64,000 bases of DNA, from assembly GCA_039028615.1 (NCBI GenBank), contig JBCCHT010000010.1:192001-256000 (forward strand), read 5' to 3'. Below are positions 1 through 10,088 of the stretch, piece by piece (positions within the stretch are counted from its first letter, which is position 1; every line of letters starts with the position of its first letter). Position numbers and translations under genes: made by a program. Source of the stretch: Myxococcota bacterium. Lineage in GTDB: Bacteria; Myxococcota_A; Polyangia; Nannocystales; Nannocystaceae. Under the pieces are notes generated by a model, which ran no database searches, had not been told where the DNA came from, and saw nothing but the letters and a program-made list of their open reading frames with translations.

Positions 1-1485
1 GACCATGGCGAACATGGCGGCCAACGCTGCGTCGTACGCCAGAGAAGAGCTGGTGAGCGCTTCCTCGTCGTTGAAGTTGATCTGGTAGCGGATGTTGAAC
101 GCGGTGAAGTTCTCCGCGTCGAAGATGTTCGGCGAGGTGCCTCGCATCTGCGCCTGCAACAGCGGCCACACCATGGCCAGCTCGGGGATGGCCGCCGCGC
201 TGTTGACGATGTCCTCCATCGTGGGCACCGCACCGTGGGTGACGGTGAACAGGGGGAGCGGCGCGAAGTTGTACAGCTGGCCCCACGCGCTCATGTAGCT
301 GAGGATCAGCGCCTCGGCCTCGGAGGTGCCGATGATGAGCACGTGCGTGTAGTGGTCATCGGCGCTGTCGTAGTCCATCGCCGACGTGGCGATTCCGGCT
401 TGGGCGAGCGCCTGACCGAGCACGGTGCCATACGAGGAGAGCAGCTCTTCCTTGCTCCCGAAGGTCTCGGGACCGGGGTAGTTGGCGAAGTAGACCTCGG
501 CCGGGGCAAGGTCGGTCACCAGGTCGGCCGCGATCTGCTGCTGGAGCTCGTTGCCGTAGGCGTCGTCCTTGTTGAGGACCAGCAGGCGTGCCGGCGCCGG
601 ATCGTAGTCGGCGGTCAGCCGATCGATGAGGGCGTTACCCTGGAACACGTCGTTGGGCGTGATGCGCCAGACGAGGTTGTTGTCCTCGAAGTTCGACAGC
701 GACGCCGCGCTGGCGGTGGGGCTAATGACGAACACGTCGGCCGGGACGGTGATGTTCTCGGCGACCTCGCGGACCGACTCGGAGAACACGGGGCCGACGA
801 TGGCGTTGACGCCGACCGTGTCGACCAGGTGGGTGGCCGCGGCGGAGGCGACCGTGTCGCCGCCGGTCGAGTCACAGCCGACCCAGGCGATCTTCTGGCC
901 ATCCTGCAGCGAAGCGACGTTGTTGAAGTCGTCGACCGCGAGCTCGAACGCGTTCTCCAGCGGCTGCACGAGCTCGTCGAAGGGAGGACTGGTGGGCATG
1001 ATGGAGCCCAGGAACTCGACGTTGTCGCGGCCATCGTCGGGCCACAGCAGGATGTCGCACTCGGCCGAGAGGATGTTCAGGCAGGTGCCTCCGTCGCCGC
1101 AGCGCTGGTCTTCGTTGCAGTCGGAGTTGACCTCGCACTCGGCACCCTCGGTGGTGGTGGTGGTGTCCTCCGGCTCGATGGTCGTGCTGCTGTCGCCGGG
1201 ATCGGTCGTCGTGACCGGCGTGGGGGTCGTCTCTTCGCCGGCCGTCGGGTCGATGTCGGTGTCGGCCGTGTCGTTGGCGGAGCCGCCCGGCGGCACGCAG
1301 AAGCCATCGACGCAGGTCCCCTGACCGTCGGTGTAGACACACTCACTGTCTGCGCTGCACGGTGCAGTGTCGTCGAGGTTGAGCGCGAGGCTACATGCGG
1401 CACCGAGGGGCAGACCCAGGGTGATGCTCGCGATCGTACGCCGTACCATCGTGCCGGCGAATCTATGTTGGGGTTGTTTGGCCAT
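1..1485 (-). CDS. Lipoprotein with Cys-rich N-terminus and type-1 periplasmic-binding-protein (LivJ-like) domain; 3' end runs off the window
   Basis: Manual translation from ATG at 1485 (GAAGGGAAG upstream) is open to position 1: lipobox LGAAC, Cys-rich repeats, then PBP1 features (AFELAVDDFN, NAIVGPVFSESV, ISPTASAASLS, VWRITPNDVFQG, DDAYG). Not in the ORF track because there is no stop in the window. Confidence 0.8.
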   Translation of the reverse strand, partial: MAKQPQHRFAGTMVRRTIASITLGLPLGAACSLALNLDDTAPCSADSECVYTDGQGTCVDGFCVPPGGSANDTADTDIDPTAGEETTPTPVTTTDPGDSSTTIEPEDTTTTTEGAECEVNSDCNEDQRCGDGGTCLNILSAECDILLWPDDGRDNVEFLGSIMPTSPPFDELVQPLENAFELAVDDFNNVASLQDGQKIAWVGCDSTGGDTVASAAATHLVDTVGVNAIVGPVFSESVREVAENITVPADVFVISPTASAASLSNFEDNNLVWRITPNDVFQGNALIDRLTADYDPAPARLLVLNKDDAYGNELQQQIAADLVTDLAPAEVYFANYPGPETFGSKEELLSSYGTVLGQALAQAGIATSAMDYDSADDHYTHVLIIGTSEAEALILSYMSAWGQLYNFAPLPLFTVTHGAVPTMEDIVNSAAAIPELAMVWPLLQAQMRGTSPNIFDAENFTAFNIRYQINFNDEEALTSSSLAYDAALAAMFAMV

Positions 1486-1578
1486 GACTTCCCTTCAATC
1501 CAAGCACCGCCGGGGGGAGGGCGGTACGCACCGTCCATAGTAGCCTAGCCAGGGCCTTCGTGTTCACGAACTGCCCCA

Positions 1579-1616
1579 AACGAACGAAGGCCGGGCATGC
1601 ATGAAATGCCCGGCCT
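1579..1616 (-). terminator. Probable intrinsic terminator after the kinase/TPR genes
   Basis: Perfect 11-bp inverted repeat AGGCCGGGCAT (1588-1598) / ATGCCCGGCCT (1606-1616), followed on the minus strand by TCGTTCGTTT. Confidence 0.65.
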
Positions 1617-1670
1617 CTCGCTCGTTGGGTGGGGGCTGGCGCCCCTTGTCGGTGAACGACTTCGTTGGGT

Positions 1671-2543
1671 CTAGAACCGGTGGGTCAGACCCAAGCCGAC
1701 TTGCCTAGGTCCGAGCACAGGGGACCACACGGTTCGACGTGCGACCGCATCGTCGCCACCCTTGTCCTTCTTGCGATCGAGGGTGGTGAGCACCAGCACC
1801 AAGCCGGCGGTGGCGAGAATGCCCCCGGTGATGAACATGGCGTCGGCGACGGTGGCCTGCCGTTGTGCTCGCTCGGCGAGCGCGAGACGGCGATCGACGA
1901 ACTCGTCGGTCTCTGCGTCGTTGGCGGTGCCTTGGGCGACGCCACCGAAGATGGCTCCGACGATCAGCGCGCCGCCACCGACACCGAGCAACGAGTACCC
2001 GGTGATGCGCAGCGTCTTCTTGCGCTTGGCCGCGGCGTCGTCATCCGTTTCTTCGGGTGGCGTGGTTTCTTCCGGGGGGGTCTCCTCGGGGGGGGTCTCC
2101 TCGGGAGGCGTTTCCTCGGTCTTCATTTGCTCGAGAGCCTCACGCAGGACCTTGAGCCGCTCGGTGGCCGTTTGGCGCGACTCGAGGTCGACCCCAGACT
2201 GACCCACGAAGCGCTGGTAGAAGACGACCGCGTTCTCGAGGTCGCCCTTTTCCTCGTACACGCGACCGATGTTGAACAAGTAGTTCGGCTGCGGGTCGAT
2301 GTCGTAGGCCTTCTCGAAGAGTTCGACGGCTTCGTCGTACTCCTTGGCCTGGAACTTCTTGACGGCTTCGCCGCTCAGAGCCTCCGGGTCACCCGCGGGG
2401 GCCGCCGCTTCACCTTCGTCGGGAGCAACCGCCGCGACCGAAGAAGCGGTGGTGGTAGCGGCCAACACGGGCAGGCTGGGTGCGAGCACCAGAGCCAGCG
2501 CGATGGAGGAGCACAACAAAGAGCGAGGGTGATTCCGAGTCAT
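1671..2543 (-). CDS. Exported TPR protein with EETPP linker and C-terminal hydrophobic helices
   Basis: Signal peptide, TPR pattern (YDEAVELFEKAY...YLFNIGRVYEEKGDLENAVVFYQRF), EETPP repeats, two TM-like segments, C-terminal ...GLGLTHRF. Confidence 0.8.
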   Translation of the reverse strand: MTRNHPRSLLCSSIALALVLAPSLPVLAATTTASSVAAVAPDEGEAAAPAGDPEALSGEAVKKFQAKEYDEAVELFEKAYDIDPQPNYLFNIGRVYEEKGDLENAVVFYQRFVGQSGVDLESRQTATERLKVLREALEQMKTEETPPEETPPEETPPEETTPPEETDDDAAAKRKKTLRITGYSLLGVGGGALIVGAIFGGVAQGTANDAETDEFVDRRLALAERAQRQATVADAMFITGGILATAGLVLVLTTLDRKKDKGGDDAVARRTVWSPVLGPRQVGLGLTHRF

Positions 2544-2570
2544 GGGGAGCTCGCGTGACTTTAGCGTCAT

Positions 2571-4622
2571 TCAGTCCTTCGTGGGCAAGAATGGGTTGCC
2601 AGAGTCCTGCTTCTTTTCCTCTTTTTTCCCGCCCTCGGTCGGCAGGAAGGGGTTCGATTTCTTTTTCTTGTTGTTGGTGGCAGGAGCCGGATCGGGTTTG
2701 CTCGTGGTTGGCTCCGGTGCCGTGGCGGCGGGCTCTGGATCCTTGGACGAACTACCCTTGCTGCTCTTGCCTCGGGCCTTGAGCGTGAACGAGATCGGAG
2801 GAGCTTCTTTTTCCGTGACGGTGATGGTCTCGTTGAAGGCGTAGTAGCCCCGAGCCATCAGGCGCATGGTGTGCTCGCCGACGGTCAGCTTGCCCTCGAA
2901 CGGCGTCGTTCCGGCCGGATTCCCGTCGATATAGACCTTGGACGCGGGACGGGAACTGATGCTCACCTGTCCAAAAATGATGTCCTCCGCTCCCTCGACG
3001 GTCGGCGTCTCGACGTCGAGTCGGGCCAGCGCTTCTCGGGCCGGCATGTGGGACGGGTCGAGCTCCAGGGCGTCCCGATATGCTTCGATCGCGGCGTCGC
3101 GGAGATCGTCGGATTCGAATTTGGAGCCGGCCGCCATCAGTCGCCCGATGGCGATGCGGTGGTCGGTCCGGTCGACCCGACCGGCCAGCGTGGGCAGGGA
3201 CTTGGTGAGACCACGGACCTCGTCGAGGACTCTGGTGGCACCATCGAAGTCTCCCTCGCCGATGAGCCGGTCGGCTTCGGTCAGCGCCGCTTCCACGACG
3301 GCGGGATCAGGTTCGGCAGGAGCAGGCGTCCCAACTGCGGCCGGTTCGGAGCTCGTGCTGGCGACCTCGTCTTTCTTGTCGTCGCCCATCAGCATCCACA
3401 CCGCCAGGCCGCCGCCGAGCACGGCCAGCAGGGCGCCGGCCAGCATGACCATCGCCGTCCTGCCCGTCTGCGGTTGTGGCGGGTACTGCCCCGTATGGGC
3501 CCCGGTGACCGGGTCGATATGGATGGGGGCACTCACCCCCGTGTCCGCATGGACGAGGGGGCTGCCCGCGGCCCGAATGTTGGGGTCGCTGCCCTGCCCG
3601 AGCGCGGGGTCCATCATGTGCTTGGCACTGGGACTGACCTCGGTGCCGAGCAGCTCCATCATGCCCGTGTTGCCGTGCCCCGGAGGCATGGCGGCCGGGA
3701 TGCCGTGGCGCTGGGTCTCGGCTCGCGGCAAGCGGAACATCGCGGCGGGCACCACGTCGATGAGGCCCTCGACGATCTCGTCGGCGTTGGATGGCCGGTC
3801 CTCGCGGTTCTTCTCGAGCAGCGAGTGGATGAGATTGATGAGGCCCTCGGGGATGTCGTGACCCTCGGGCAAGACCTCGTCGAGACGCCGAGGGGGCTCG
3901 TTGATGGTCTTGTAAAAGACGGTGGCGTTGTTCTCTCCCTCGAAGGGGAGGCGCCCGCTGAGCATGTAGTAGAACAGGACGCCGAGGGCGTAGACGTCGA
4001 CGCGCAGGTCGATGTCATCGCCGCGAATCTGCTCGGGGGACAGGTACCCGACCGTACCCATCACGTGCTCTTCGGTAATCGCCTGTTCGCCCTTGGTGAG
4101 CTTGGCGAGGCCGAAATCGAGGATTTTGACGAAGTTGGCCCGACCCTTGCGCTCGCACAACATGATGTTGGCGGGCTTGATGTCGCGCACCATCATCTCG
4201 CGCGAGTGCGCGTGACCGATGCCCTTGAGGATCTGTGCGGCCACGGGCACGAAGGCCTCGAGCGAGAGGCTGCCGTGGCGGTCGACGAACTCGGAGAGCA
4301 GCTCGCCCCGCAGGTACTCCATCACCAAGTACGCACGACGGCCCTCCTTGCCGTAGTCGTACATCGTGACGATGTTGGGGTGCTTGAGTCCGCTCAGGCG
4401 CTTGGCCTCGCGCTCGAAGCGAGCGAGCGCCTCGTCGTCGTTGGCCCAGTTGGGCGCTAGGACCTTGACCACGACCTCGCGGTTGAGGTCGCGTTGATCC
4501 GCGGTGTAGACGAGGCCGACGCCACCGCGCCCGATGAGCTTCTTGATGGTGTACTTGCCGCCCAGCGGATGACCGATCAGAGGGTCTGCGGGTAGCTCAA
4601 GTGCTTTGCTGGTTTGGCTCAT
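2571..4622 (-). CDS. Membrane Ser/Thr protein kinase with extracytoplasmic TPR-like and PEGA domains
   Basis: GRGGVG, VVVK, VRDIKPAN, DFG, GTVGYLSPE, DVYALG; TM helix; C-terminal PEGA-like VSISSRPASKVYIDGNPAGTTP. Start placed at MSQTSK (4622). Confidence 0.92.
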   Translation of the reverse strand: MSQTSKALELPADPLIGHPLGGKYTIKKLIGRGGVGLVYTADQRDLNREVVVKVLAPNWANDDEALARFEREAKRLSGLKHPNIVTMYDYGKEGRRAYLVMEYLRGELLSEFVDRHGSLSLEAFVPVAAQILKGIGHAHSREMMVRDIKPANIMLCERKGRANFVKILDFGLAKLTKGEQAITEEHVMGTVGYLSPEQIRGDDIDLRVDVYALGVLFYYMLSGRLPFEGENNATVFYKTINEPPRRLDEVLPEGHDIPEGLINLIHSLLEKNREDRPSNADEIVEGLIDVVPAAMFRLPRAETQRHGIPAAMPPGHGNTGMMELLGTEVSPSAKHMMDPALGQGSDPNIRAAGSPLVHADTGVSAPIHIDPVTGAHTGQYPPQPQTGRTAMVMLAGALLAVLGGGLAVWMLMGDDKKDEVASTSSEPAAVGTPAPAEPDPAVVEAALTEADRLIGEGDFDGATRVLDEVRGLTKSLPTLAGRVDRTDHRIAIGRLMAAGSKFESDDLRDAAIEAYRDALELDPSHMPAREALARLDVETPTVEGAEDIIFGQVSISSRPASKVYIDGNPAGTTPFEGKLTVGEHTMRLMARGYYAFNETITVTEKEAPPISFTLKARGKSSKGSSSKDPEPAATAPEPTTSKPDPAPATNNKKKKSNPFLPTEGGKKEEKKQDSGNPFLPTKD

Positions 4623-4992
4623 TGCGACTGGGGAGGGTGCTGGGCGAGGGCGAGTTGTTGGTCTGGTTACAGCACCTTCGCTCGCCGATGCAAGACGAGC
4701 CGCTCGGGCCGGGGAGCGCGAGCGGCCAACGCCACTGGCCGGGCAACCACAATAACACCTCGTGCCAGCGTCTTTGGAACTTGTACCCGTTCCACGAGCC
4801 AAACGATCGAGCATGCGCTCTGGGTGTTTTTGGAGCGAGCACTGTCCCGCGACGTGCGCTGTGGTGGGAGAAGGTGACTTACCGGTCGGTCGGTAAGGCC
4901 GAATCCCGGCTGGCAGTGACAAAAAACGGCAGCTCGTGGTGGACGCGTTCGGCCCTGGGAGTACGCGGTGCGGTGGCAGTAGACTCCAGGTC

Positions 4993-5694
4993 GTGGGCTT
5001 GAAGACCTTGGCCTCGGCGAACCTGGCAGCGGGAATCTGCATCGTCTGTGGGTGCCACCCCCCGACCGTTGCGAACGACGAGAGCCCGACTACGGCGCTG
5101 TCCCCACAGGCCGCCGCAAACGACCCTGAAACCATGTTCCGGGATCTGGAGCAGCGACTGGTCGAGGAGCCGCTTCGACTGCGATTCGACGTGACCGCCG
5201 AAGGCGCGGTCGAGGTCGACATCGAAGGCTCGTTGATCGTCGAAGACGAGGTCGAGCTTCGAGCCAAGGGAACCTTTGCGGGGCAACCCCTCGACCTGCG
5301 GCTTTGGTCAGAAGGAGATCACCTACAGGGCGGACCAGTTGGGAACCCTTCGTTCGAACTTCCGCGACCGATGGCGCTGGCCCCCGCGCTCGTATTGGGC
5401 CTCACGCGCATGGGCGTCCTCCACAACATCGCGATGTTGATGGGTGGGGCGCCGCCCGATCACAGCGGTGGTGGGGTCGAAGCCTGGGTACAGACGGTCG
5501 AGCATCGTTCGCCCGGAGGGTCCGACCCTGGCGTCGAGTTCGGTTTGGTCGTCGACGGGACGCCGTCCGGTTCGGCCACGCTGTGGCTCGACGCGGTGGG
5601 GCAACCCCGACTTCGCGAGCAGCGAGTCGACTTTCCCGAGGGCACGATGATCGTCGTCGAGCGCTACGAAGACCTGGGCGGCGCGGGCGAGTAG
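4993..5694 (+). CDS. Hypothetical lipoprotein, possibly LolA-like beta-rich fold
   Basis: Lipobox-like IVCGC; GTG at 4993 lies 7 nt after TAGACT; GC-rich coding pattern. Confidence 0.6.
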   Translation: MGLKTLASANLAAGICIVCGCHPPTVANDESPTTALSPQAAANDPETMFRDLEQRLVEEPLRLRFDVTAEGAVEVDIEGSLIVEDEVELRAKGTFAGQPLDLRLWSEGDHLQGGPVGNPSFELPRPMALAPALVLGLTRMGVLHNIAMLMGGAPPDHSGGGVEAWVQTVEHRSPGGSDPGVEFGLVVDGTPSGSATLWLDAVGQPRLREQRVDFPEGTMIVVERYEDLGGAGE

Positions 5695-5801
5695 CTCGGT
5701 GGTGGCGGGTGCCCGATGGGAGCACATGGTCCGAATCGGCACCGGGATCTCCCGAGGGTCACGCCGCCGCGCGTCCGAGCGGCCGTCGGCCGCAGACGCG
5801 A

Positions 5802-6428
5802 TCAGCTCTTGGGCTCTTCGAGGTTGGCTCGGATCCCAGCCACCCAGCGGTCGAGGTTGTCGAGCGTGCTGCGAAGCTCCGACTGCGAGTCCGAGATTTC
5901 GCTCATGGCGACTTCGAGCATCTCGCGGGCGCGTCGGAGTCGGCTCTTGACCGTGCCCTGTGGAATCTCCATGACCTCGGCGAGCTCACGGGTGCTCATG
6001 CTCTCCCAGTAGTGGAGCTCGAGCACGATCTGCAGCTCGACCGGGATGCGACGCAGCGCCTGCAGCAGGAGTCGTTGCTCCTTGCGACGGGCCAACGCCG
6101 AGCTGGGCGAGGGACCCAGCGCGGCCACCGAGACCAACGAGGGATCGAAGACCTCGCGGCTGCGGTTGTTCTTGCGGATCCATCGGTATAGCTCGTGGCG
6201 CGCGACCACGAACAAGTACGCCCGGAAGCCACACTCCTTGCGGAACGAGTCGCGGCCTCGCACGCACGCCATCATCGTGGCTTGGATGAGGTCGTCGGCG
6301 TGGTCCGCCACCTTGTTGGTGAAGAAGCGGTACAGCGCATCGAAGTGGCGCTTGAGCAACTGGTTGCCCGCTCCCAGATCGCCTCGTCGCCAGCGGTCGA
6401 GCAGCTCGAAGTCGTCCACTGGCCCCAT
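5802..6428 (-). CDS. ECF-type RNA polymerase sigma-70 factor
   Basis: Region 2 (ADDLIQATMM..FRAYLFVVARH) and region 4 (LELHYWESMSTRELAEVMEIPQGTVKSRLRRAR). Confidence 0.9.
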   Translation of the reverse strand: MGPVDDFELLDRWRRGDLGAGNQLLKRHFDALYRFFTNKVADHADDLIQATMMACVRGRDSFRKECGFRAYLFVVARHELYRWIRKNNRSREVFDPSLVSVAALGPSPSSALARRKEQRLLLQALRRIPVELQIVLELHYWESMSTRELAEVMEIPQGTVKSRLRRAREMLEVAMSEISDSQSELRSTLDNLDRWVAGIRANLEEPKS

Positions 6429-6497
6429 GGTAACACCCGCCAACGGGCTCGCTGCCCGCGCTTGTGATGTCCTGCCGAGGGGGGGATGCTATGGGGG

Positions 6498-6752
6498 ATG
6501 TTGATCGTCTTCGAGGCCCACCTGACCCCCTCCCGTTCCGACGACGCGATCCTCAGCGACGAGGTCTTGGCCGAGACGCAGGCTCAGGTGATGACCCCGG
6601 CCGAGGCGCGGGCGATCGGCTTCGAGGGGGTCCCGGACGACCCGAATCTGCGCCTGATCGCGGTCGCGCCCCGCGACAAGGGCTGGATCGAAAAAGCGCT
6701 CGATCGCTCGCCGAGCGTCACCGGCTTTCGAATTCACGAAGTCGACATGTAG
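6498..6752 (+). CDS. Small hypothetical protein (about 84 aa)
   Basis: Typical codon usage; fills the gap between the ECF gene and marR; globular composition. Confidence 0.65.
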   Translation: MLIVFEAHLTPSRSDDAILSDEVLAETQAQVMTPAEARAIGFEGVPDDPNLRLIAVAPRDKGWIEKALDRSPSVTGFRIHEVDM

Positions 6753-6765
6753 CGGCCGATTCGTT

Positions 6766-7248
6766 TCAGGGGGCGTGGTCCGGATTCTCCAGCACGGCGA
6801 GCAGTTCCAGCAGACTGCCGTGCAGACTTCGCATTCGTGACTTGCCCAGTTGGGCCTCGAGCTGGGCCTCGACCTCGCGGAGCACGGCGAGACCTTGCAG
6901 GACCGAGCGCGGGCCTTCGCGGATGAAGCGAATGCGCTTGGCTCGACCGTCCTCGGGATCGGGGCTGCGCTCGACCACACCCATCTGCTCGAGCTCTCCC
7001 ACCAGCTGCCCCGCCGCTTGCTTGGTGATGCCCACGCGGCGGGCCAGATCGGTCAGCCGCGTGCCCTCGAGATCGATGTGGGGGAACAAGGCGGTATGCG
7101 ACGCTCGCAGCGGTACCCCCAGGTGCTCGCGGACCAGCGCCAGGCCGCGCTCGTTCACCAGCCGCGCGCATCGCATCAGCAGCTGCGCCATGCTGGCTCG
7201 CTTCTCGGCCTCGAAGCGGGCGGCGAATTGTTCGGGAGGGGAGCTCAT
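6766..7248 (-). CDS. MarR-family transcriptional regulator
   Basis: wHTH: RLTDLARRVGITKQAAGQLVGELEQMGVVERSPDPEDGRAKRI. Confidence 0.92.
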   Translation of the reverse strand: MSSPPEQFAARFEAEKRASMAQLLMRCARLVNERGLALVREHLGVPLRASHTALFPHIDLEGTRLTDLARRVGITKQAAGQLVGELEQMGVVERSPDPEDGRAKRIRFIREGPRSVLQGLAVLREVEAQLEAQLGKSRMRSLHGSLLELLAVLENPDHAP

Positions 7249-7281
7249 GAAGCGGGTCGGAACCGGGGGGTTGGAATGTTG

Positions 7282-7319
7282 GTCAAGTATACTTGACTAT
7301 TTCGTCAGGTGTGATTGAC
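7282..7319. promoter_or_regulatory. Tandem MarR-type operator (two GTCA-N8-TGAC boxes)
   Basis: Perfect palindrome GTCAAGTATACTTGAC (7282-7297) and GTCAGGTGTGATTGAC (7304-7319) in the AT-richer divergent spacer. Confidence 0.75.
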
Positions 7320-7326
7320 TATCTCC

Positions 7327-8040
7327 ATGCTCGAACCTCTGGCCGAAGGTCTGTGGCACGACCATTTCGATCTCTTCATGCCCGGGCGGGTGCACTTCCG
7401 CGGGCGCATGGTGGTCGCGCGTCTCGGTAGCGGCGGCCTGTGGGTCTGGTCGCCGATTCCCATCTCCGACGAACTCGCGGCGCAGCTGGCCGAGCTGGGC
7501 CCCGTGGAGCACTTGGTGGCGCCCAACGGCTTTCACCACATGCACTTCGAAGGCGCCGCCGAGCGCTACGGGTCGGCCCGCAAGTGGATTAGCCCCGCGT
7601 TGGTCACCAAGCGCCCCGATCTCGCCCACGACGAGCTGCTCACGACCGAAGCTCCGCCCGCCTGGGCGCAGGAGTTCGACCAACACTTGATCGGGGGCAT
7701 GCCCAAGGTCGACGAATTCGTGTTCCTGCATCGACCGTCCAAGTCGTTGCTCGTCACCGACATGGTGTTCAACATCCTCGAGTATCAGGGCTGGGTGTCC
7801 GGGCTCGTGTTCCGCATGGCGGGCACGCACAAGCGCTTCGCCCAGAGCCGCTTGTTCCGCTCGTTCGTCAAGGATCGCGCTGCGGCGGCCCATAGCGCCC
7901 GGCACATCCTCGGCTGGGACTTCGAGCGCGTGGTGATGGCCCACGGCGAGATCGTCGAGCAGGGCGCACGCGAGACGTTGGAAGGCGCGCTCGGCTGGAT
8001 GCTCGCCGGAGCCCCGAGCAGCGATCCGGCCGCGGCGTAG
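7327..8040 (+). CDS. DUF4336-family protein (metallo-beta-lactamase-like fold)
   Basis: RMVVARL..GGLWVWSP, LGPVEHLVAPNGFHH, EFVFLHRPSKSLLVTD, WDFERVVMAHG. Confidence 0.85.
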   Translation: MLEPLAEGLWHDHFDLFMPGRVHFRGRMVVARLGSGGLWVWSPIPISDELAAQLAELGPVEHLVAPNGFHHMHFEGAAERYGSARKWISPALVTKRPDLAHDELLTTEAPPAWAQEFDQHLIGGMPKVDEFVFLHRPSKSLLVTDMVFNILEYQGWVSGLVFRMAGTHKRFAQSRLFRSFVKDRAAAAHSARHILGWDFERVVMAHGEIVEQGARETLEGALGWMLAGAPSSDPAAA

Positions 8041-8532
8041 CTACGGCTGCGCGGGCGTGTCGGCGGCGGGCGGGGTGTCGGCCGGGGGCGTTTCGGCCGA
8101 GGTGTGATCGTGGACGATGGCCCACTTGCCCTGCTCGCGGGCGAACACCAGCGAGAAGATGCCCGTCCCCGCCTGCGGGGTCTCGGTCAGCGTGAAGCGA
8201 CCCAGCGCGATCGCTCCGTCGGCGCCGACCGGGGACAGCTCGACCTCGGTGAACTCGAGGTGCCCCATCTCGCCGTTGTCGCCGTAGCGCTTTTGGTAAG
8301 AGGCGAGGGTCTCCTTCCAGCCGCGGCGGATCTTGGCGCCCGAGGTGAACACGAGGTCGTCGCGCTGGTGATAGCCCTGCATGAAGGCCTCGAGGTCGCC
8401 CGCATTCCAGGCGTCCTTCTGGCGCTCGAGCACGGCGCGAATCTCCTGTTCGTCGTCGGGCGAGGGACGGTCGGCGCGGCACGCCGACAGCAGCAGCGAA
8501 CCCAAGGTCAGGCCGAGCACGATGCGAGACAT
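8041..8532 (-). CDS. NTF2/SnoaL-like (DUF4440) lipoprotein
   Basis: Lipobox LLSAC; AWNAGDLEAFMQGY; WAIVHDHTS. Confidence 0.85.
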   Translation of the reverse strand: MSRIVLGLTLGSLLLSACRADRPSPDDEQEIRAVLERQKDAWNAGDLEAFMQGYHQRDDLVFTSGAKIRRGWKETLASYQKRYGDNGEMGHLEFTEVELSPVGADGAIALGRFTLTETPQAGTGIFSLVFAREQGKWAIVHDHTSAETPPADTPPAADTPAQP

Positions 8533-8582
8533 GCCCCAGGCTCCGCCACGCGGAGCCGGAAGGCAAGCGCCGCGGGGCCGGC

Positions 8583-10073
8583 TCAGGACTCGCTGGCGGT
8601 GTCGAGGCGCACGCGCCAGCGCGAGCCCTCGGGGCCGTCCATGATGATGATGCCCTGGGCGTCGAGGCGGTTGCGGAGTTCGTCGGCCTCGGTCCACTGC
8701 TTGGCTTCGCGCAGGCGAACGCGCTCGGCGATCTGGGCCTCGATGGTGGCGCGGTCGAGCCCGGCCGCGGCGAGTCGCTTGACCTTCACCTCTTCGATGA
8801 AGTCCTGGGTCGGCGAGGCCATGAGACCGATCTGAGCGGCGACGGCGGCAAAGGCCTCGAGCGCGGGCGCGACCACGGGACCGCCTCGCTTCTTGGCCTT
8901 CTTGTGCCCGGCGAAGCGGTTGACCGCGCGCGCGAGCGTGAACAAGTGGCCCAGGACCTGCGAGGTGTTGAAGTCCTCGCGCAGCGAGTCGGCCAGCTGC
9001 TGCGGGAACGCCCGGCCGAGCTTCAGCACGGTGCCCGCGTCCTCGCCCAGCTCCTTGGCGACGTGATCGGCGTCTTCTTGGCCCTTCATCGCCTCGGCCA
9101 CGTCGCGGGCATCGTAGAGCCGGCTGAGCATGGCCAGCGCCTCGGGTAGCGCCTCGGCGTTCCAGGGCAGGGGCGAGCGGTAGTGGCTCTGCAGGTAGTA
9201 CAGGCGCACCGCCTCGGCCGGGAACTGCTCGAGCACGTCCTCGATGTTGACGACGTTGCCGAGGCTCTTGCCCATCTTCTGGCCGCCGCCCATCGTGAGC
9301 AGCCCGTTGTGCATCCAGTACGCGACGTAGCGGTCACCGTTGCTGCACTCGGACTGGGCGACCTCGTTTTCGTGGTGCGGGAACACCAGGTCGAGCCCGC
9401 CGCCGTGGATGTCGATGGTGTTGCCCAGGCACTCGCGGGACATGGCCGAGCACTCGATGTGCCAGCCGGGGCGCCCGGGACCCCAGGGGCTCTCCCACTG
9501 CGGCTCGCCGGGCTTGGCCGCCTTCCACAGGCCAAAGTCGGCGGCGGCGCGCTTGCCCTGCTGCGGCTCGGCGGAGCGCATGTCCTCGACCTTGCGACCG
9601 GACAGCGCGCCGTAGCGATCGAAGCTGTCCACGGCGAACCACACGTTGCCGTCGGCCGGGTAGGCGTGCCCGCCCTCGACCAGCTTGGCGATCATCGCGA
9701 CGATCTGGTCGATGTTCTCGGTGACGCGGGGCTCGGCATCGGGGCGCTGCAGCCCCAGGTTGTCCATGTCCCGATGAAACGCGTCGATCTCGTCCTGCGC
9801 GAGCTGCTCGGCGGTGATGCCGAGCTTGTTCGCGCGCGCAATGATCTTGTCGTCGATGTCGGTGAAGTTGCGGACGAAACGAACTTCCCAGTCCTCGTGG
9901 CGGAGCCAGCGGATGAACGCGTCGAAGATCATCATCGCCCGGGCATGCCCCACGTGCGTGCGGTCGTAGACCGTCATGCCGCAGACGTAGATCCCCACCT
10001 TTCCGGGTGTTTGCGGGACGAAGTCCTCGACGGTGCGAGACGTGGTGTTGTACAGGCGAAAAGGGGTAGGCAT
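8583..10073 (-). CDS. cysS: Cysteinyl-tRNA synthetase
   Basis: [55 protein letters not shown]. Confidence 0.98.
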   Translation of the reverse strand: MPTPFRLYNTTSRTVEDFVPQTPGKVGIYVCGMTVYDRTHVGHARAMMIFDAFIRWLRHEDWEVRFVRNFTDIDDKIIARANKLGITAEQLAQDEIDAFHRDMDNLGLQRPDAEPRVTENIDQIVAMIAKLVEGGHAYPADGNVWFAVDSFDRYGALSGRKVEDMRSAEPQQGKRAAADFGLWKAAKPGEPQWESPWGPGRPGWHIECSAMSRECLGNTIDIHGGGLDLVFPHHENEVAQSECSNGDRYVAYWMHNGLLTMGGGQKMGKSLGNVVNIEDVLEQFPAEAVRLYYLQSHYRSPLPWNAEALPEALAMLSRLYDARDVAEAMKGQEDADHVAKELGEDAGTVLKLGRAFPQQLADSLREDFNTSQVLGHLFTLARAVNRFAGHKKAKKRGGPVVAPALEAFAAVAAQIGLMASPTQDFIEEVKVKRLAAAGLDRATIEAQIAERVRLREAKQWTEADELRNRLDAQGIIIMDGPEGSRWRVRLDTASES

Positions 10074-10088
10074 CGCTTAGTTTTCGCG

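Noticed and set aside
4752..4768. TGGCAC on the minus strand as a sigma54 promoter
   Set aside because: No TTGC at the required -12 spacing.
4623..5267. 215-aa N-terminal extension of the kinase ORF (similar extensions on the Hsp70, epoxidase, greA and VOC ORFs)
   Set aside because: They overlap neighbouring genes or promoters and have non-protein-like composition; downstream starts fit the family N-termini.
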